Source of the DNA: an uncultured Acidobacteriota bacterium
GTDB lineage: Bacteria; Acidobacteriota; Thermoanaerobaculia; Multivoradales; UBA5704
NCBI GenBank assembly: GCA_963770895.1
Contig: CAVYRF010000002.1
Location: 5,696,001-5,760,000, forward strand
Direction: 5' to 3'
Length of the DNA stretch: 64,000 nucleotides
This document shows, piece after piece, positions 1 through 9,915 of this stretch (position 1 is the first letter of the stretch; every line of letters begins with the position of its first letter). The notes below the pieces were generated by a model, which saw nothing but the letters and a program-made list of their open reading frames with translations, ran no database searches and was not told the DNA's origin. The translations under genes and the position numbers were made by a program.

Positions 1-1425
1 GAGCTGCAGCAGCGTTTCGCGCAGATCGACAACGCCTACCTGCGGGAGCGCGGCACCGACATGACCGACGTCGCCCGGCATCTGCTGCGCAGCCTGCAGG
101 GCAGCCCCCACCCTGGGGCGTCCGCGGAGCTGCCGCCGGACGTGATCGTGATCGCCGACGACCTGACGCCGTCGGACACCATCCGCCTGGGACGCAATCG
201 CGTGCTGGGCTTCGCCATCGAGTCGGGCGGCCGCACGTCGCACACGACGATCATTGCCCGGTCGCTCAACCTGCCGGCGGTGGCGGGCCTGACCGGGGCG
301 ACACGGCTGGTGGCGGACGAAGCGCCGGTGATCGTGGATGGCGAGCAGGGGAAGATCATCGTATGCCCGAGCGAAGAGATCCTGGAGCAATACACCTTGC
401 GCCGTTTCGACCTGCAGTGCCGTGACCGCGACCTGATGAAGACGCGCGAGCTGGAATCGGTGAGCCGCGACGGGGTGCACGTGTCGCTGATGGCCAACAT
501 CGACCTGCCCGAAGAGGTGGAAGAAGGTGTCTGCTACGGCGCCGCCGGCATCGGCCTGTACCGCAGCGAATTTCTGTACATCGAAAAGAGCCCCAGCCTG
601 CCGACGGAAGACGAGCACCTGGCGCTCTACCGGCGGCTCATCGAGTCGGCGGCGCCGCACCCGGCGGTCATCCGCACCTACGACCTGGGCGGGCGCAAGC
701 TGGCGCGGGAAGTGATGGAGACGCACGAAGAAAACCCGGTGCTGGGTTTGCGCGGCGTCCGTCTCACCCTGGCGCGCCCCGACGTGTTCCGGACGCAGGT
801 GCGGGCGCTGCTGCGCGCCGGGCTGTTCGGCGACCTGTGGGTGATGCTGCCGCTGGTCAGCACTCTGGACGAGGTGCGGAGCTTCCGCGCCTTCGTGGCG
901 GAGATGTCGGCGGAGCTGGACAAGGAGGGGATCCCGTTCCGGCGCGACATGCACCTGGGGATCATGATCGAGGTGCCGGGCGCGGCGGTGATCGCCGACG
1001 TCCTGGCGCGCCACGTCGCCTTCTTCTCGATCGGCACCAACGACCTCATCCAGTACTCGCTGGCGGTGGACCGCAACAACGAGCACGTGGCCAGCCTCTA
1101 CCAGCCGCTGCACCCCGGCATCCTGCGCATGCTGCGCCACGTCATCGACAGCGCCCGCGCCGCCCAGATCGACGTCGGCCTGTGCGGCGAGATGGCCGCC
1201 GACACGCGCTGCGCCCTGCTGCTCATCGGCATGGGCATGCGCCGGCTGTCGATGAGCCCGCGGCGCATCCCCGAGATCAAGACCTGCATCCGGCGGATGG
1301 CGGTCTCCGACCTGGCCGACCTCGCCAACCGCTGCATGGGCTTCAGCACCGCGGCCGAAGTGCAGCAGGAAGTCGAAAGCTTTTTCGAAGCGGTCGCGGT
1401 CCCCTCGTCGGCAAGCGCCAGCTGA
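1..1425 (+). CDS. ptsI: Phosphoenolpyruvate-protein phosphotransferase (PTS enzyme I), 5' end outside window
   Basis: Phospho-His motif GGRTSHTTI; motifs GIGLYRSEFLY, ENPVLGLRGVR, FFSIGTNDLIQY and LCGEMA. Confidence 0.95.
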   Translation, partial: ELQQRFAQIDNAYLRERGTDMTDVARHLLRSLQGSPHPGASAELPPDVIVIADDLTPSDTIRLGRNRVLGFAIESGGRTSHTTIIARSLNLPAVAGLTGATRLVADEAPVIVDGEQGKIIVCPSEEILEQYTLRRFDLQCRDRDLMKTRELESVSRDGVHVSLMANIDLPEEVEEGVCYGAAGIGLYRSEFLYIEKSPSLPTEDEHLALYRRLIESAAPHPAVIRTYDLGGRKLAREVMETHEENPVLGLRGVRLTLARPDVFRTQVRALLRAGLFGDLWVMLPLVSTLDEVRSFRAFVAEMSAELDKEGIPFRRDMHLGIMIEVPGAAVIADVLARHVAFFSIGTNDLIQYSLAVDRNNEHVASLYQPLHPGILRMLRHVIDSARAAQIDVGLCGEMAADTRCALLLIGMGMRRLSMSPRRIPEIKTCIRRMAVSDLADLANRCMGFSTAAEVQQEVESFFEAVAVPSSASAS

Positions 1426-1541
1426 TCTGCGCCGGTCCGCGCGGCCTGCGGCAGCGCCCCTGTCAGCTCTCCCGTCCTGGCGATTTTTGCAGTCCGGAGT
1501 TGCACGTGCTGATGCTTGTTATGCGTCTATACTAGTGTGCC

Positions 1542-2099
1542 ATGGATACCACCCTGGGTAAGCTCACCTACGATTTCCTCGCTGCTCTGCCCGAAGACGG
1601 CAAGCTGCACGAGCTCATCGACGGCGAGCACTACGTGAGCCCGTCGCCGACGCTGCGCCACCAGCTGGTGCTGGGCAACCTTTACTCGGTGCTGCGGGCC
1701 CATGTCAGGTCACACGACCTCGGTCTCATCGTGTTCGCGCCGTTCGACGTGCTGCTGTCGCAGTTCGACGTCCTGGAACCGGACCTGCTGTTCGTCGCCA
1801 AGCGACGGCTGGACGTCGTCGAGGAGCGTTACGTGCACGGCGCTCCCGACCTGGCGATCGAGATCCTTTCGCCGTCCACGCGCCGCATCGACCTGACGAT
1901 CAAGAAGCGCACCTATCGCCGCTTCGGGGTGGCCGAATACTGGATCATCGACCCCAAGGTCGAAACCATCGATGTTTTCCGTGGCGACTCCGACTGGTCG
2001 GTGCCCGTCGCCAGGCTCCACCAGGGTGACGGCGAGCGGGGTCTGGAAAGCCCGGCATTCCCCGGCCTGCGGCTGAGCTGGCAGGACGTTTTCGTCTAG
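1542..2099 (+). CDS. Uma2 family (PD-(D/E)XK-like) endonuclease
   Basis: Motifs ELIDGE..SPSP..RHQ, EPDLLFV, GAPDLAIEILSPST and GVAEYWIIDP; TATACT -10 box at 1528-1533. Confidence 0.9.
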   Translation: MDTTLGKLTYDFLAALPEDGKLHELIDGEHYVSPSPTLRHQLVLGNLYSVLRAHVRSHDLGLIVFAPFDVLLSQFDVLEPDLLFVAKRRLDVVEERYVHGAPDLAIEILSPSTRRIDLTIKKRTYRRFGVAEYWIIDPKVETIDVFRGDSDWSVPVARLHQGDGERGLESPAFPGLRLSWQDVFV

Positions 2100-2161
2100 C
2101 CCCTAAGCCCGCGGCCCGTCACCGTCGCTTCTCTGCGACGCGACGTTCGGCTATCCTGTCG

Positions 2162-3466
2162 GTGGTGGAACCTTCCCTGCAGACAGAGCTTGGCATCCTG
2201 GTGCCGGTGCATGACCGCCCGCAAAGTGCGCGGTGTGCGGGACTTGGATTACGGCGGCCGCCGCCACGGCGCGTGTCGCGGATTGCCGTTGGTGGGGCAG
2301 GGCTCGGCCTGGCGCTCGCGGTCCTGGCCGCTGGCTGCTCGCAATCGCCGCAAGCGGTGACACGGAGGGACGGGTCCCAGCCGGTCGGCGGACCGACGAC
2401 CCCCGCGGGCAGCGGCTCGGCCGGCGCGTCCGCCAGCGGGTCCGGGCCGGCCCAGGCGGGGGGTGTCGCCCATGGGAGCGAAGCCGAACCCAAGGCCGCG
2501 CCGCTTGCCTCGGCGTCGGCTACAGCGCCGGCGGCGCCGGCGGGTCCCTCAACCAGTGGCGCCAGTGCTGGTTCTGCGCCGGGACAGGTGCCGCAAGGCG
2601 CCACGGCGCCGACGGGTGCGCCGTCGACAGGCATACCGGCGGCAGGCACGCAGACAACCTCCAGCGCCTCCATGGCGAGCGGCGGATCGCAACAGTCCGG
2701 TTCCGTCCCGGCGGCGGCGGCATCTCCCGCGGGTGGCACGGCGGCCGCCCCGCCCGCTCCGGCCGCGCCTGCCGCGGCGACGCCAGGCACGGTGATCCCG
2801 ATCGGCGGCGGCAACGCCGCCACCACAGATCCGTCGGTCGTGATCGTGGACGGTCCCGGAGTCGCGGCGGACTCGCAGCTGAGCCTGGCGGATGCCGCAA
2901 AGGCCGAGCGCGAGCGCAAGGCCGACGCGGTGCCGCCCCGCATCGTGATCAACGACAAGAATCTGCACAGCTACGCCAAGAAGGGCCAGATCACGGTGGC
3001 CGACCCCAAGAAGAAGAAAGCCGCCGCCACCCCGGCAGCGGCGCCGGCAGCGGGGGCGGGCACTGGTGCCGCGGCCGCCGCGACAGCGGAGCCGGTGCGC
3101 GACGAAAGCTATTGGCGGGCGCGGGCGCTGGAGATCCGCCAGCGGTGGCGCAAAGCGGCCGACCGTATCAAGGGTCTGGAAGCGGACGTCGCGGAATGGC
3201 GCCGGCGCTTCTATGCCCAGGACGACCCGTGGGTCCGCGACGGCCAGATCAAGCCGGCGTGGGACCACTCGCTGGAGGAGCTGCGCGACGCTCGCGCCAC
3301 GGCGGAGGTCGCCAAGAAGGAACTGGCAAGCTTCATGGAAGAGGGCCGCGCCGCCGGAGCGCTGCCCGGCTGGCTGCGGGAAGGGATCGACCTCGAACCC
3401 AAGGAAGACAAGCCTGTCGATCCTACCCAGTCCGTCGAAACTCCCATCTACAAAGACAACGGCTGA
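2162..3466 (+). CDS. Hypothetical (lipo)protein with long Ala/Pro/Gly/Ser-rich region and C-terminal coiled coil; start uncertain
   Basis: Hydrophobic stretch ending LAVLAAGC; C-terminal helical region ending in GALPGWLR; stop overlaps miaB start (TGATG). Confidence 0.7.
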   Translation: MVEPSLQTELGILVPVHDRPQSARCAGLGLRRPPPRRVSRIAVGGAGLGLALAVLAAGCSQSPQAVTRRDGSQPVGGPTTPAGSGSAGASASGSGPAQAGGVAHGSEAEPKAAPLASASATAPAAPAGPSTSGASAGSAPGQVPQGATAPTGAPSTGIPAAGTQTTSSASMASGGSQQSGSVPAAAASPAGGTAAAPPAPAAPAAATPGTVIPIGGGNAATTDPSVVIVDGPGVAADSQLSLADAAKAERERKADAVPPRIVINDKNLHSYAKKGQITVADPKKKKAAATPAAAPAAGAGTGAAAAATAEPVRDESYWRARALEIRQRWRKAADRIKGLEADVAEWRRRFYAQDDPWVRDGQIKPAWDHSLEELRDARATAEVAKKELASFMEEGRAAGALPGWLREGIDLEPKEDKPVDPTQSVETPIYKDNG

Positions 3467-4791
3467 TGATCCGGCAGGGCGCGCGACGCTTCTTCATCGA
3501 GACCTGGGGCTGCCAGATGAATGAGCTGGACACCCAGCGCATGGCAGGCCAGTTGATGCAGCAGGGGATGCTGCCGACGCGGGATCCCAACGATGCCGAT
3601 GTGATCCTGTTGAACTCTTGCAGCGTGCGCGAAAAGGCCGAGCAGAAGGTCTATTCGCGGCTGGGCGAATACCGTCTGCTCAAGAAGGATCGCCCGGACC
3701 TGCTCATCGGCCTCTGCGGCTGCGTGGCGCAGCAGGTCGGCGAAAAGGCTCTCAGCCGGGTGTCCGACCTCGACTTCGTGGTGGGCCCGGCGCGCGTCGG
3801 CGAGGTGAGGGACGTCATCGCCCAGGCCTCTGCCGGCCGGCGCGTCGTGCGCACCGGCTTTCCCGAGCAGCGCACCTACGACATCGACGCCGTGGCGCGC
3901 GAAGGCGAATACAAGGGCATGGTCACGATCATCGAAGGGTGCAACAAGAAGTGCACCTTCTGCATCGTGCCGCAGACCCGCGGCCCGGAGCGCAGCCGCC
4001 CGATTGGCGATATCGTCGCGGAAGTAGAGCACCTGCTGGAGTTTGGGTTCGTCGAAATCGAGCTGCTCGGCCAGACGGTCAACCACTGGCGTGATCCGGG
4101 CGGTGAGCTCGACTTTTCTCATCTGTTGGAGCGAGTGGCCACCATCCCCGATCTGCGGCGCCTGCGCTTTGTGACCTCCTACCCGCGTGACTTCACGCCG
4201 GCGATGGTCGAGCAGGTCGGCCGCCATGCGAACATCTGTCCGTATCTTCATCTGCCTGTGCAGTCCGGTTCCGACCGCCTGCTGCGGCGGATGGGGAGGG
4301 GCTACACCAGGGCCGAGTATCTCGACCTGGTCAGCCAGCTGCGCCAGGCGCGACCGGGCCTGGCCCTTTCGACCGATCTCATCGTCGGCTTCCCAGGCGA
4401 GACGGAAGAAGACTTCCAGGCGACTCTCGACCTGGTGAGCGAGGTGCGCTTCGCCTCCGTCTTCGCGTTCGCCTACTCACCGCGGCCGGGAACGGCAGCG
4501 CCCCGCCTCGATGGCGAGGTGCCGCGTGAGCTGGCAGCCGAGCGGCTGCAGCGGCTCTTCGCGCTCGAAGACGGCATCCAGCGCGTCCTGAACCAGGAAC
4601 TCATCGGCAACGAGATGGAAGTGCTGGTGACGGGATGGGGCAAGCAGCCCGGCTCGCAGACCGGCCGCACCTCGTGCCATCGCGTGGTGCACTTCCCGGC
4701 TGCGCCAGCCGCCGTGCCGCTCGGCCAGCTCACCCGCGTCCGCATCGAATCCGCCCTCTCCCATAGCCTGCACGCAGAGCGCGTTGCCTGA
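3466..4791 (+). CDS. miaB: tRNA-2-methylthio-N6-dimethylallyladenosine synthase MiaB
   Basis: Motifs ETWGCQMNE, NSCSVRE and GCVAQ; radical SAM CNKKCTFC; C-terminal TRAM domain; ATG at 3466. Confidence 0.95.
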   Translation: MIRQGARRFFIETWGCQMNELDTQRMAGQLMQQGMLPTRDPNDADVILLNSCSVREKAEQKVYSRLGEYRLLKKDRPDLLIGLCGCVAQQVGEKALSRVSDLDFVVGPARVGEVRDVIAQASAGRRVVRTGFPEQRTYDIDAVAREGEYKGMVTIIEGCNKKCTFCIVPQTRGPERSRPIGDIVAEVEHLLEFGFVEIELLGQTVNHWRDPGGELDFSHLLERVATIPDLRRLRFVTSYPRDFTPAMVEQVGRHANICPYLHLPVQSGSDRLLRRMGRGYTRAEYLDLVSQLRQARPGLALSTDLIVGFPGETEEDFQATLDLVSEVRFASVFAFAYSPRPGTAAPRLDGEVPRELAAERLQRLFALEDGIQRVLNQELIGNEMEVLVTGWGKQPGSQTGRTSCHRVVHFPAAPAAVPLGQLTRVRIESALSHSLHAERVA

Positions 4792-4877
4792 GCAGCGGGG
4801 GAGGAGGCGAGATCCGGCGCCGTTCAGGCGGCGTGGTTTTGCTTGACCTTCCCAGCGGCTGGGTCCCACAATAGGTC

Positions 4878-5378
4878 ATGAGCGACCCTGCGGCAGAGCT
4901 TCGCGTCGAGATCAAAGGCCTGATGCTGGACCCTTCTTCGGATGTGCCGATCGTGATCCTGCGCGACGTGGAGAACCAGCTGTTCCTGCCGATTTGGATC
5001 GGCGTACCCGAGGCGCAGGCGATCGCCGCCCACATCGAAGGGATCGAGTCGCCGCGCCCGATGACCCACGATCTGCTCCGCCAGCTTATCGACAGGCTGG
5101 GAGCCACCCTCGACAAGGTGGTCATCTCCGACCTCAAGGAGAACACCTTTTTTGCCAACCTCCACTTCCTGCAGGGCGAAAAGCACGTAGTGGTCGATGC
5201 GCGGCCGAGCGATGCCATCGCCCTGGCGCTACGCACGCAGGCGCCGATCTTCGTCCTGCAATCGGTGCTCGATCAGGCGCAGGCCGTGGACCGCGCCGCC
5301 AAGGTGCCAGATCAGGAGAAAATCAAGAAGTGGCTGGAAGAAGTGAGCCCAGAAGAGTTGGGCAAATGGACGATGTAG
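4878..5378 (+). CDS. Bifunctional nuclease family protein (DUF151)
   Basis: Motifs LPIWIG.PEA.AI, PRPMTHDL and DARPSDAIALALR. Confidence 0.9.
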   Translation: MSDPAAELRVEIKGLMLDPSSDVPIVILRDVENQLFLPIWIGVPEAQAIAAHIEGIESPRPMTHDLLRQLIDRLGATLDKVVISDLKENTFFANLHFLQGEKHVVVDARPSDAIALALRTQAPIFVLQSVLDQAQAVDRAAKVPDQEKIKKWLEEVSPEELGKWTM

Positions 5379-5426
5379 CCGCGGCGACTGCCGCCGGGTC
5401 GTCCCCGTCGATCGCTGTAACACACC

Positions 5427-5465
5427 TATAATCAATGCTTTGCGAGCCATGTCGGCGCGCCGACA
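5427..5465 (+). promoter_or_regulatory. TATAAT -10 box followed by a perfect 16-bp palindrome TGTCGGCGCGCCGACA (candidate parS/operator) upstream of parA
   Basis: TATAAT at 5427-5432 and palindrome at 5450-5465 read directly; function is inferred. Confidence 0.55.
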
Positions 5466-5547
5466 AAGGCGGGATACCATCAATGGAGCTGCGTCGCAAT
5501 CCCTTGACCCACCTCATGGTGTCTCTTAGACTGCTGATCGCATCCTC

Positions 5548-6306
5548 ATGATTATCGCGATCGCAAACCAGAAAGGTGGCGTCGGTAAAACGACCACCGC
5601 GATCAACTTGGCGGCGGGCCTGGCGAGCAAGGGCAGGCGGACGCTGCTCCTGGATCTGGACCCGCAAGCCAACAGCTCGATGTCCTTTCTGGACATCCGG
5701 CAGCTCAAGCTCTCGATCTACGACGCCCTCACGGACGACCAGATCCACCTGTCCGATGTCCTTGTCCCGGCGGAAAAGATCCCCAATCTGATGGTTGCCC
5801 CTTCGACCATCGCTCTGGCGAAGATCGAGGCAAAGCTGATCGGCGAGCTCGATAGCCACTACCGCCTCAAGGACGAGGTGGAGCGGGTTCAGGACTCCTT
5901 TGAGTACATCGTGATCGACACCCCGCCGACACTGGGAATCATCACCGTGAACGCGTTGGTCGCCGCCTCCCACGTGCTGATTCCCATCCAGGCCAGCTAC
6001 TTCGCCCTCGAGGGCACGGACGACCTGCTGGAGACGATCGACAAAATCAAGGTCCGGGCCAACCCCCAGCTGCAGATCCTGGGCGCACTCATCACGATGT
6101 ACGACAAACGGACTTTGCTGGCGAAGGACATCCTGGAGCAGATCCAATCCGTCTTCGGCGTCAAGGTGTTCAATACCATCATCACCAAGAGTGTTCGGCT
6201 CGAAGAGAGCCCGGCGTATCGAGAGTCGATTTTCTCGTTCGCTCCCAAGTCGACCGGAGCCTACGAGTACTACCGGCTCTCCGAGGAGGTCCTGAGTCGT
6301 GTCTGA
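5548..6306 (+). CDS. parA: ParA/Soj family ATPase
   Basis: Deviant Walker A NQKGGVGKTT; motifs DLDPQAN and IDTPP. Confidence 0.95.
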   Translation: MIIAIANQKGGVGKTTTAINLAAGLASKGRRTLLLDLDPQANSSMSFLDIRQLKLSIYDALTDDQIHLSDVLVPAEKIPNLMVAPSTIALAKIEAKLIGELDSHYRLKDEVERVQDSFEYIVIDTPPTLGIITVNALVAASHVLIPIQASYFALEGTDDLLETIDKIKVRANPQLQILGALITMYDKRTLLAKDILEQIQSVFGVKVFNTIITKSVRLEESPAYRESIFSFAPKSTGAYEYYRLSEEVLSRV

Positions 6307-7171
6307 CCCATCTCGCAAGCGCGGCCTCCCATTGCAGGTCAAAATGCGCCATGACACCCACTTTGTCGAGGAACTGGCAGCCCGCAGCGAGGCCCCGGTC
6401 GGCAGGATGGTTCCGCTCTCCGCGATCGAGCCCGACCCCAATCAGCCCAGGGGAACGTTGGGAGAGCTCCACGAATTGGTAGCCTCCATCCGCTCCAAGG
6501 GCGTTCTCGAGCCGATCCTGGTCCGGCCCCGGCCGCCCGCGCCCGGCGAAGAGGCGGTCGGCGTGGCCTACCGGATCATCTCCGGCGAGCGGCGCTATCG
6601 TGCGGCCCAGGAGGCCGGCCTCTACGAGGTTCCGGCGATCGAGATGGACGTCTCTGAAGAAGAGGCGTTAGAGATCGCCCTGATCGAAAATCTCCAGCGC
6701 AAAGACCTGACTCCCTTCGAAGAAGCCGAGGGCTTCCGCCGCCTGGCAGAGATCCACCGCTACACCCACGAAGACATCGCCGAGGCAGTGGGGAAGTCTC
6801 GCACCGTCGTGACCGAAAGCCTGTCGCTTCTCCAGATGTCCCCCCGCGTCCGCGACACGGTGCAAGCCCTGGGAATCAGCTCCAAGTCGCTCCTTCTGGA
6901 AGTCCTCAAGGCCGGCAACGAAGGCGAGATGATCAGCCTCCTGGAAGAGGTCGCGCGCCTCGGCCTCAACCGCGACGACCTGCGGCGCCGCCTCCGGCGA
7001 GCCGATCCCGCCAAGGGCACCAGCCGCAGGAAGCCCTACATCTTCCGCTTCAAGGCCCCCGACAAGACTTACTCGCTGGCCCTCACCTTCCGCCAGGCAG
7101 AAGTCGACCGCTCCGACCTCATTCAAGCCCTGGAAAAGATCCTCAGCCAGCTGAGATCCGACACCCGCTAG
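6299..7171 (+). CDS. parB: ParB/Spo0J family partition protein
   Basis: Motifs PNQPR, GVLEPI, GERRYRA and ENLQRKDL; HTH region; overlaps parA stop. Confidence 0.93.
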   Translation: MSDPSRKRGLPLQVKMRHDTHFVEELAARSEAPVGRMVPLSAIEPDPNQPRGTLGELHELVASIRSKGVLEPILVRPRPPAPGEEAVGVAYRIISGERRYRAAQEAGLYEVPAIEMDVSEEEALEIALIENLQRKDLTPFEEAEGFRRLAEIHRYTHEDIAEAVGKSRTVVTESLSLLQMSPRVRDTVQALGISSKSLLLEVLKAGNEGEMISLLEEVARLGLNRDDLRRRLRRADPAKGTSRRKPYIFRFKAPDKTYSLALTFRQAEVDRSDLIQALEKILSQLRSDTR

Positions 7172-7267
7172 CAAGGTTGTCGTCGTCCTGGATGGGGAGT
7201 GTTCGCCCCCCGGGAGCTCGCCTTCCCAACAGGGCCAGGTTCAGGTGGTCCGACCAGCCCGGCCGAC

Positions 7268-7855
7268 TCAGGGGATGCGATGGAATTCGGAGATCCAGTT
7301 GGTCTCCCACGTCTTGCCACGATCCGGTGAGAATGCCTGCTCCCAATGGGCAGAGTCGCGCGTGATCCTTGACCAGATATAGCGCGTAGTGACCGGCTTG
7401 CCGCGCAGGCTGTAGTCGGCGTAGAAAGTGCCCACACCGTCCTTGAAGCGCCCGATGTTGGGCGCATCCATCTGCTCCAAGGGATGCCGGGCATCGAGCC
7501 ACCAGAGCGCCCACTGGCCGGTTGCGGGATCGTAGGCCCGCACGCTCACTCCCCGATACACACCGTCAGGAAGGTTGAGCACGTTGTCGTCCGCGTTGCC
7601 ATAGCCGTCCATCGTCTTCCACCAAGTTTGGGTGCCATCGAACTCTTCCCATTGATGGCTACCCATAAGGCGCTCCTTCAGGCGCCGATTGTGCACTTGC
7701 CAATGCCCCACACGCAGATCAAAGGCATGCAAACCGCTCAAGTCAGGAGCCGAGCTCGGCTTTGCACCATTCGGCGCAGAGTGCACGCGGACCAGGGATC
7801 CAAGGCCAACCAGCAAGACCAGGCCAACCATCAGAACTGCGCGCAAGCGTCTCAT
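7268..7855 (-). CDS. Exported DUF1579-like protein
   Basis: Signal peptide; motifs FD..VG.W.V.NRRL and WEQAFSPD.GKTWETNW. Confidence 0.75.
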   Translation of the reverse strand: MRRLRAVLMVGLVLLVGLGSLVRVHSAPNGAKPSSAPDLSGLHAFDLRVGHWQVHNRRLKERLMGSHQWEEFDGTQTWWKTMDGYGNADDNVLNLPDGVYRGVSVRAYDPATGQWALWWLDARHPLEQMDAPNIGRFKDGVGTFYADYSLRGKPVTTRYIWSRITRDSAHWEQAFSPDRGKTWETNWISEFHRIP

Positions 7856-8227
7856 GATTCATATCTCCTCTCGCCGCAGACCGCGGCCGTTGATTCCTTC
7901 AGGTTCAGGCGCTTCGCCACCTGCCGTGTGTCAGGGAACGCCCCAGAGTAAAACGCCAGCGTTTGCTGCCGCCCAGAGTTGGCCGTGGCCGTTTGTGCCA
8001 GTCCAGCCGGGTCAGGCCGGCTCCAAACCAGCTCCCCGAACCCTCTTGCATTCATCCACTCTGCGCCGTGCCTCACGAAACGATCCTTGGCCGGATCAAC
8101 CCGGAAGGCAAGTCAACATTGGCTCTCTGGCGAGCCCACACAATGTCTCTGACCGGCGTGACCCAGCGTCTCCCGCAAATGACCCAGAGGAGCACCACAT
8201 CAAGCAGGGCGGGCTGCGGGCGAGGGA

Positions 8228-8595
8228 CTTTCTCCCGCCGTTGGAGGGGGTGGGCGCCGGTACAGGGATGGGCTTGATTGCAGGCCCGCGCCGGGCGCCC
8301 GGCAAATGCTTGCGATCAAGCCGAGCCGGACCGGCGCCCGTCTCGGCCGTTGGGAGCAAGGCCACCGCCGTTCCGGCCTCGCGCCAGTGTTGACGCGGGG
8401 CCGGAACGGCGTATCTGACGACGCCATGCCTCTGGCGCGGGGCAGATGGGCGGGAGCGGTTTCAAGGGCCGGTGTTGCGCCGTGCACCCCGCGGTGCGAT
8501 CAGAGCAGGCACCAGCACAGCCTTGCCGCGGGGGCATGGCGCTGGAGGCCTTCTCTCGCCGTTGGTGGCGGGCGCCGGTGGCGGGGGGGTGGGCT
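8228..8595. repeat. Tandem ~320-bp hairpin-rich repeat array, left part (copy 1 and start of copy 2)
   Basis: Blocks GCCGGGCGCCCGGCAA, GCGATCAAG, GCCGTTGG(G)AGCAAGGC and GCCGTTCCGGCC recur at 11373-11900. Confidence 0.85.
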
Positions 8596-8737
8596 TGTCA
8601 AGACGACGCCAAATTTCCCCCCGCGCGCGACGTTAATTTTCCCCCCTCCCTGGGTTAGTGGACCTGTCCCGGCAGGGACAGGTCTCGGGTAAACGTCAGG
8701 GGCTGTTGCCTTTGCTTCTTAAAGACTGAGTATCCCT

Positions 8738-8943
8738 TCGTCGCCGGGGCTGTGGGAGGGGTGGAAAGCGGCGAGGGTGGGTGGGTGGAGGGCGGGCGCG
8801 TGTGGGGGGCCGGGAGCCGGTTTCCAAGGGTCTGCGGAAACGGCGGACCGGGGGCCGCGGTGGGCGGGGGCCGTGGAGCGCAGCGACACGGGCGGCCCCT
8901 GTTGGGTCCGCGGTTTCCGCAGACCCGGCGCCTTCCATAGCCC
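8738..8943 (-). ncRNA. Candidate structured RNA/DNA element downstream of istB
   Basis: Nested stems and conserved blocks shared with 13269-13401, with compensatory changes. Confidence 0.45.
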
Positions 8944-9102
8944 ATGCTTGCGTTGGGTGGGCGGCGGGGTTGAGAGGACGGCCGGCGCCGTGACCTTCCG
9001 GGCTCGGCACCGAGATCCCCCCCTTCCAGGCGCGTAGCGCGCGCCCGCCACGGTGGCGCGTCAGGCGGTCGATCGTTGCCGGCTCACTTCTTCGCAGCAT
9101 GA

Positions 9103-9915
9103 TCAGCTTGCCTCCTCGACGGAGAGCGCTTCGGCGACGTGGGGCTCGCTGCGCGTCAGCAGGCCTGCCTTGCGCTTTTCCTTCAGCCGGTAGCTCTCGC
9201 CTTTGATGTTGACGATCGTCGAGTGGTGCAGCAGGCGGTCGAGAATCGCCGTCGCGATCACCTGGTCGCCGAAGACCTGGCCCCAGCCGGCCAGACTCTG
9301 GTTGGACGTGATGAGAATCGAGCCCCGTTCGTACCGGCGCGACACCAGTTGGAAGAGTAGATTCGCACCGAGACGGTCCAGCGGTAGATACCCGATCTCG
9401 TCTATTACCAATAGCTTGGGCTGGATGAGCTGCTTCAGCTTTTCCTCCAAGCGGTTCTCCTGGTGCGCCCGCGTCAAGGTGTTGACCAGCGCCGTCGCCG
9501 TCGCGAAGGCCGTGCGGTAGCCGGCAGCGCAGGCCTTCAGTCCCAGGGCTACCGACAGGTGCGTCTTGCCGACGCCGGGCGGCCCCAGCAGCAGTACGTT
9601 GTCGGCGTCAGCGATGAAACGACAGGTGGCGAGCTCGCGGATCACCTTGGGCTCGATCGACGGCTGAAACTTGAAGTCGAAGCTCTCCAGCGTCTTGTGG
9701 AACGGGAAGCGCGCCATGCTCGTCTTCATCGCCGTGTGGCGCTCCTGCTTGGCCGCCAGTTCCCGACCCAGCAGATCCTCGAGCATGTCGGTGTAGGGCA
9801 GATCCTTCTTGCTCGCCTCCTGTAACAGCGCCGGCAGCTGGTCGGCAGTGCGCACCAGTTTCAGGCGCCGAAGCTGCTCTTGGAGCCGATCGATCTGGAC
9901 CGCACCGGCGGTCAT
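9103..9915 (-). CDS. istB: IS21 transposition helper ATPase IstB
   Basis: Walker A GPPGVGKT; motifs LLVIDEIGY and AILDRLLHH. Confidence 0.95.
   Translation of the reverse strand: MTAGAVQIDRLQEQLRRLKLVRTADQLPALLQEASKKDLPYTDMLEDLLGRELAAKQERHTAMKTSMARFPFHKTLESFDFKFQPSIEPKVIRELATCRFIADADNVLLLGPPGVGKTHLSVALGLKACAAGYRTAFATATALVNTLTRAHQENRLEEKLKQLIQPKLLVIDEIGYLPLDRLGANLLFQLVSRRYERGSILITSNQSLAGWGQVFGDQVIATAILDRLLHHSTIVNIKGESYRLKEKRKAGLLTRSEPHVAEALSVEEAS

Noticed and set aside
2233-3465. N-terminal extension of the 852-aa miaB ORF, and similar extensions on the kinase, ECF, protease, truB and metG ORFs
   Set aside because: Arg-rich shadow frames overlapping real genes, typical of high-GC DNA; internal starts fit the protein families.
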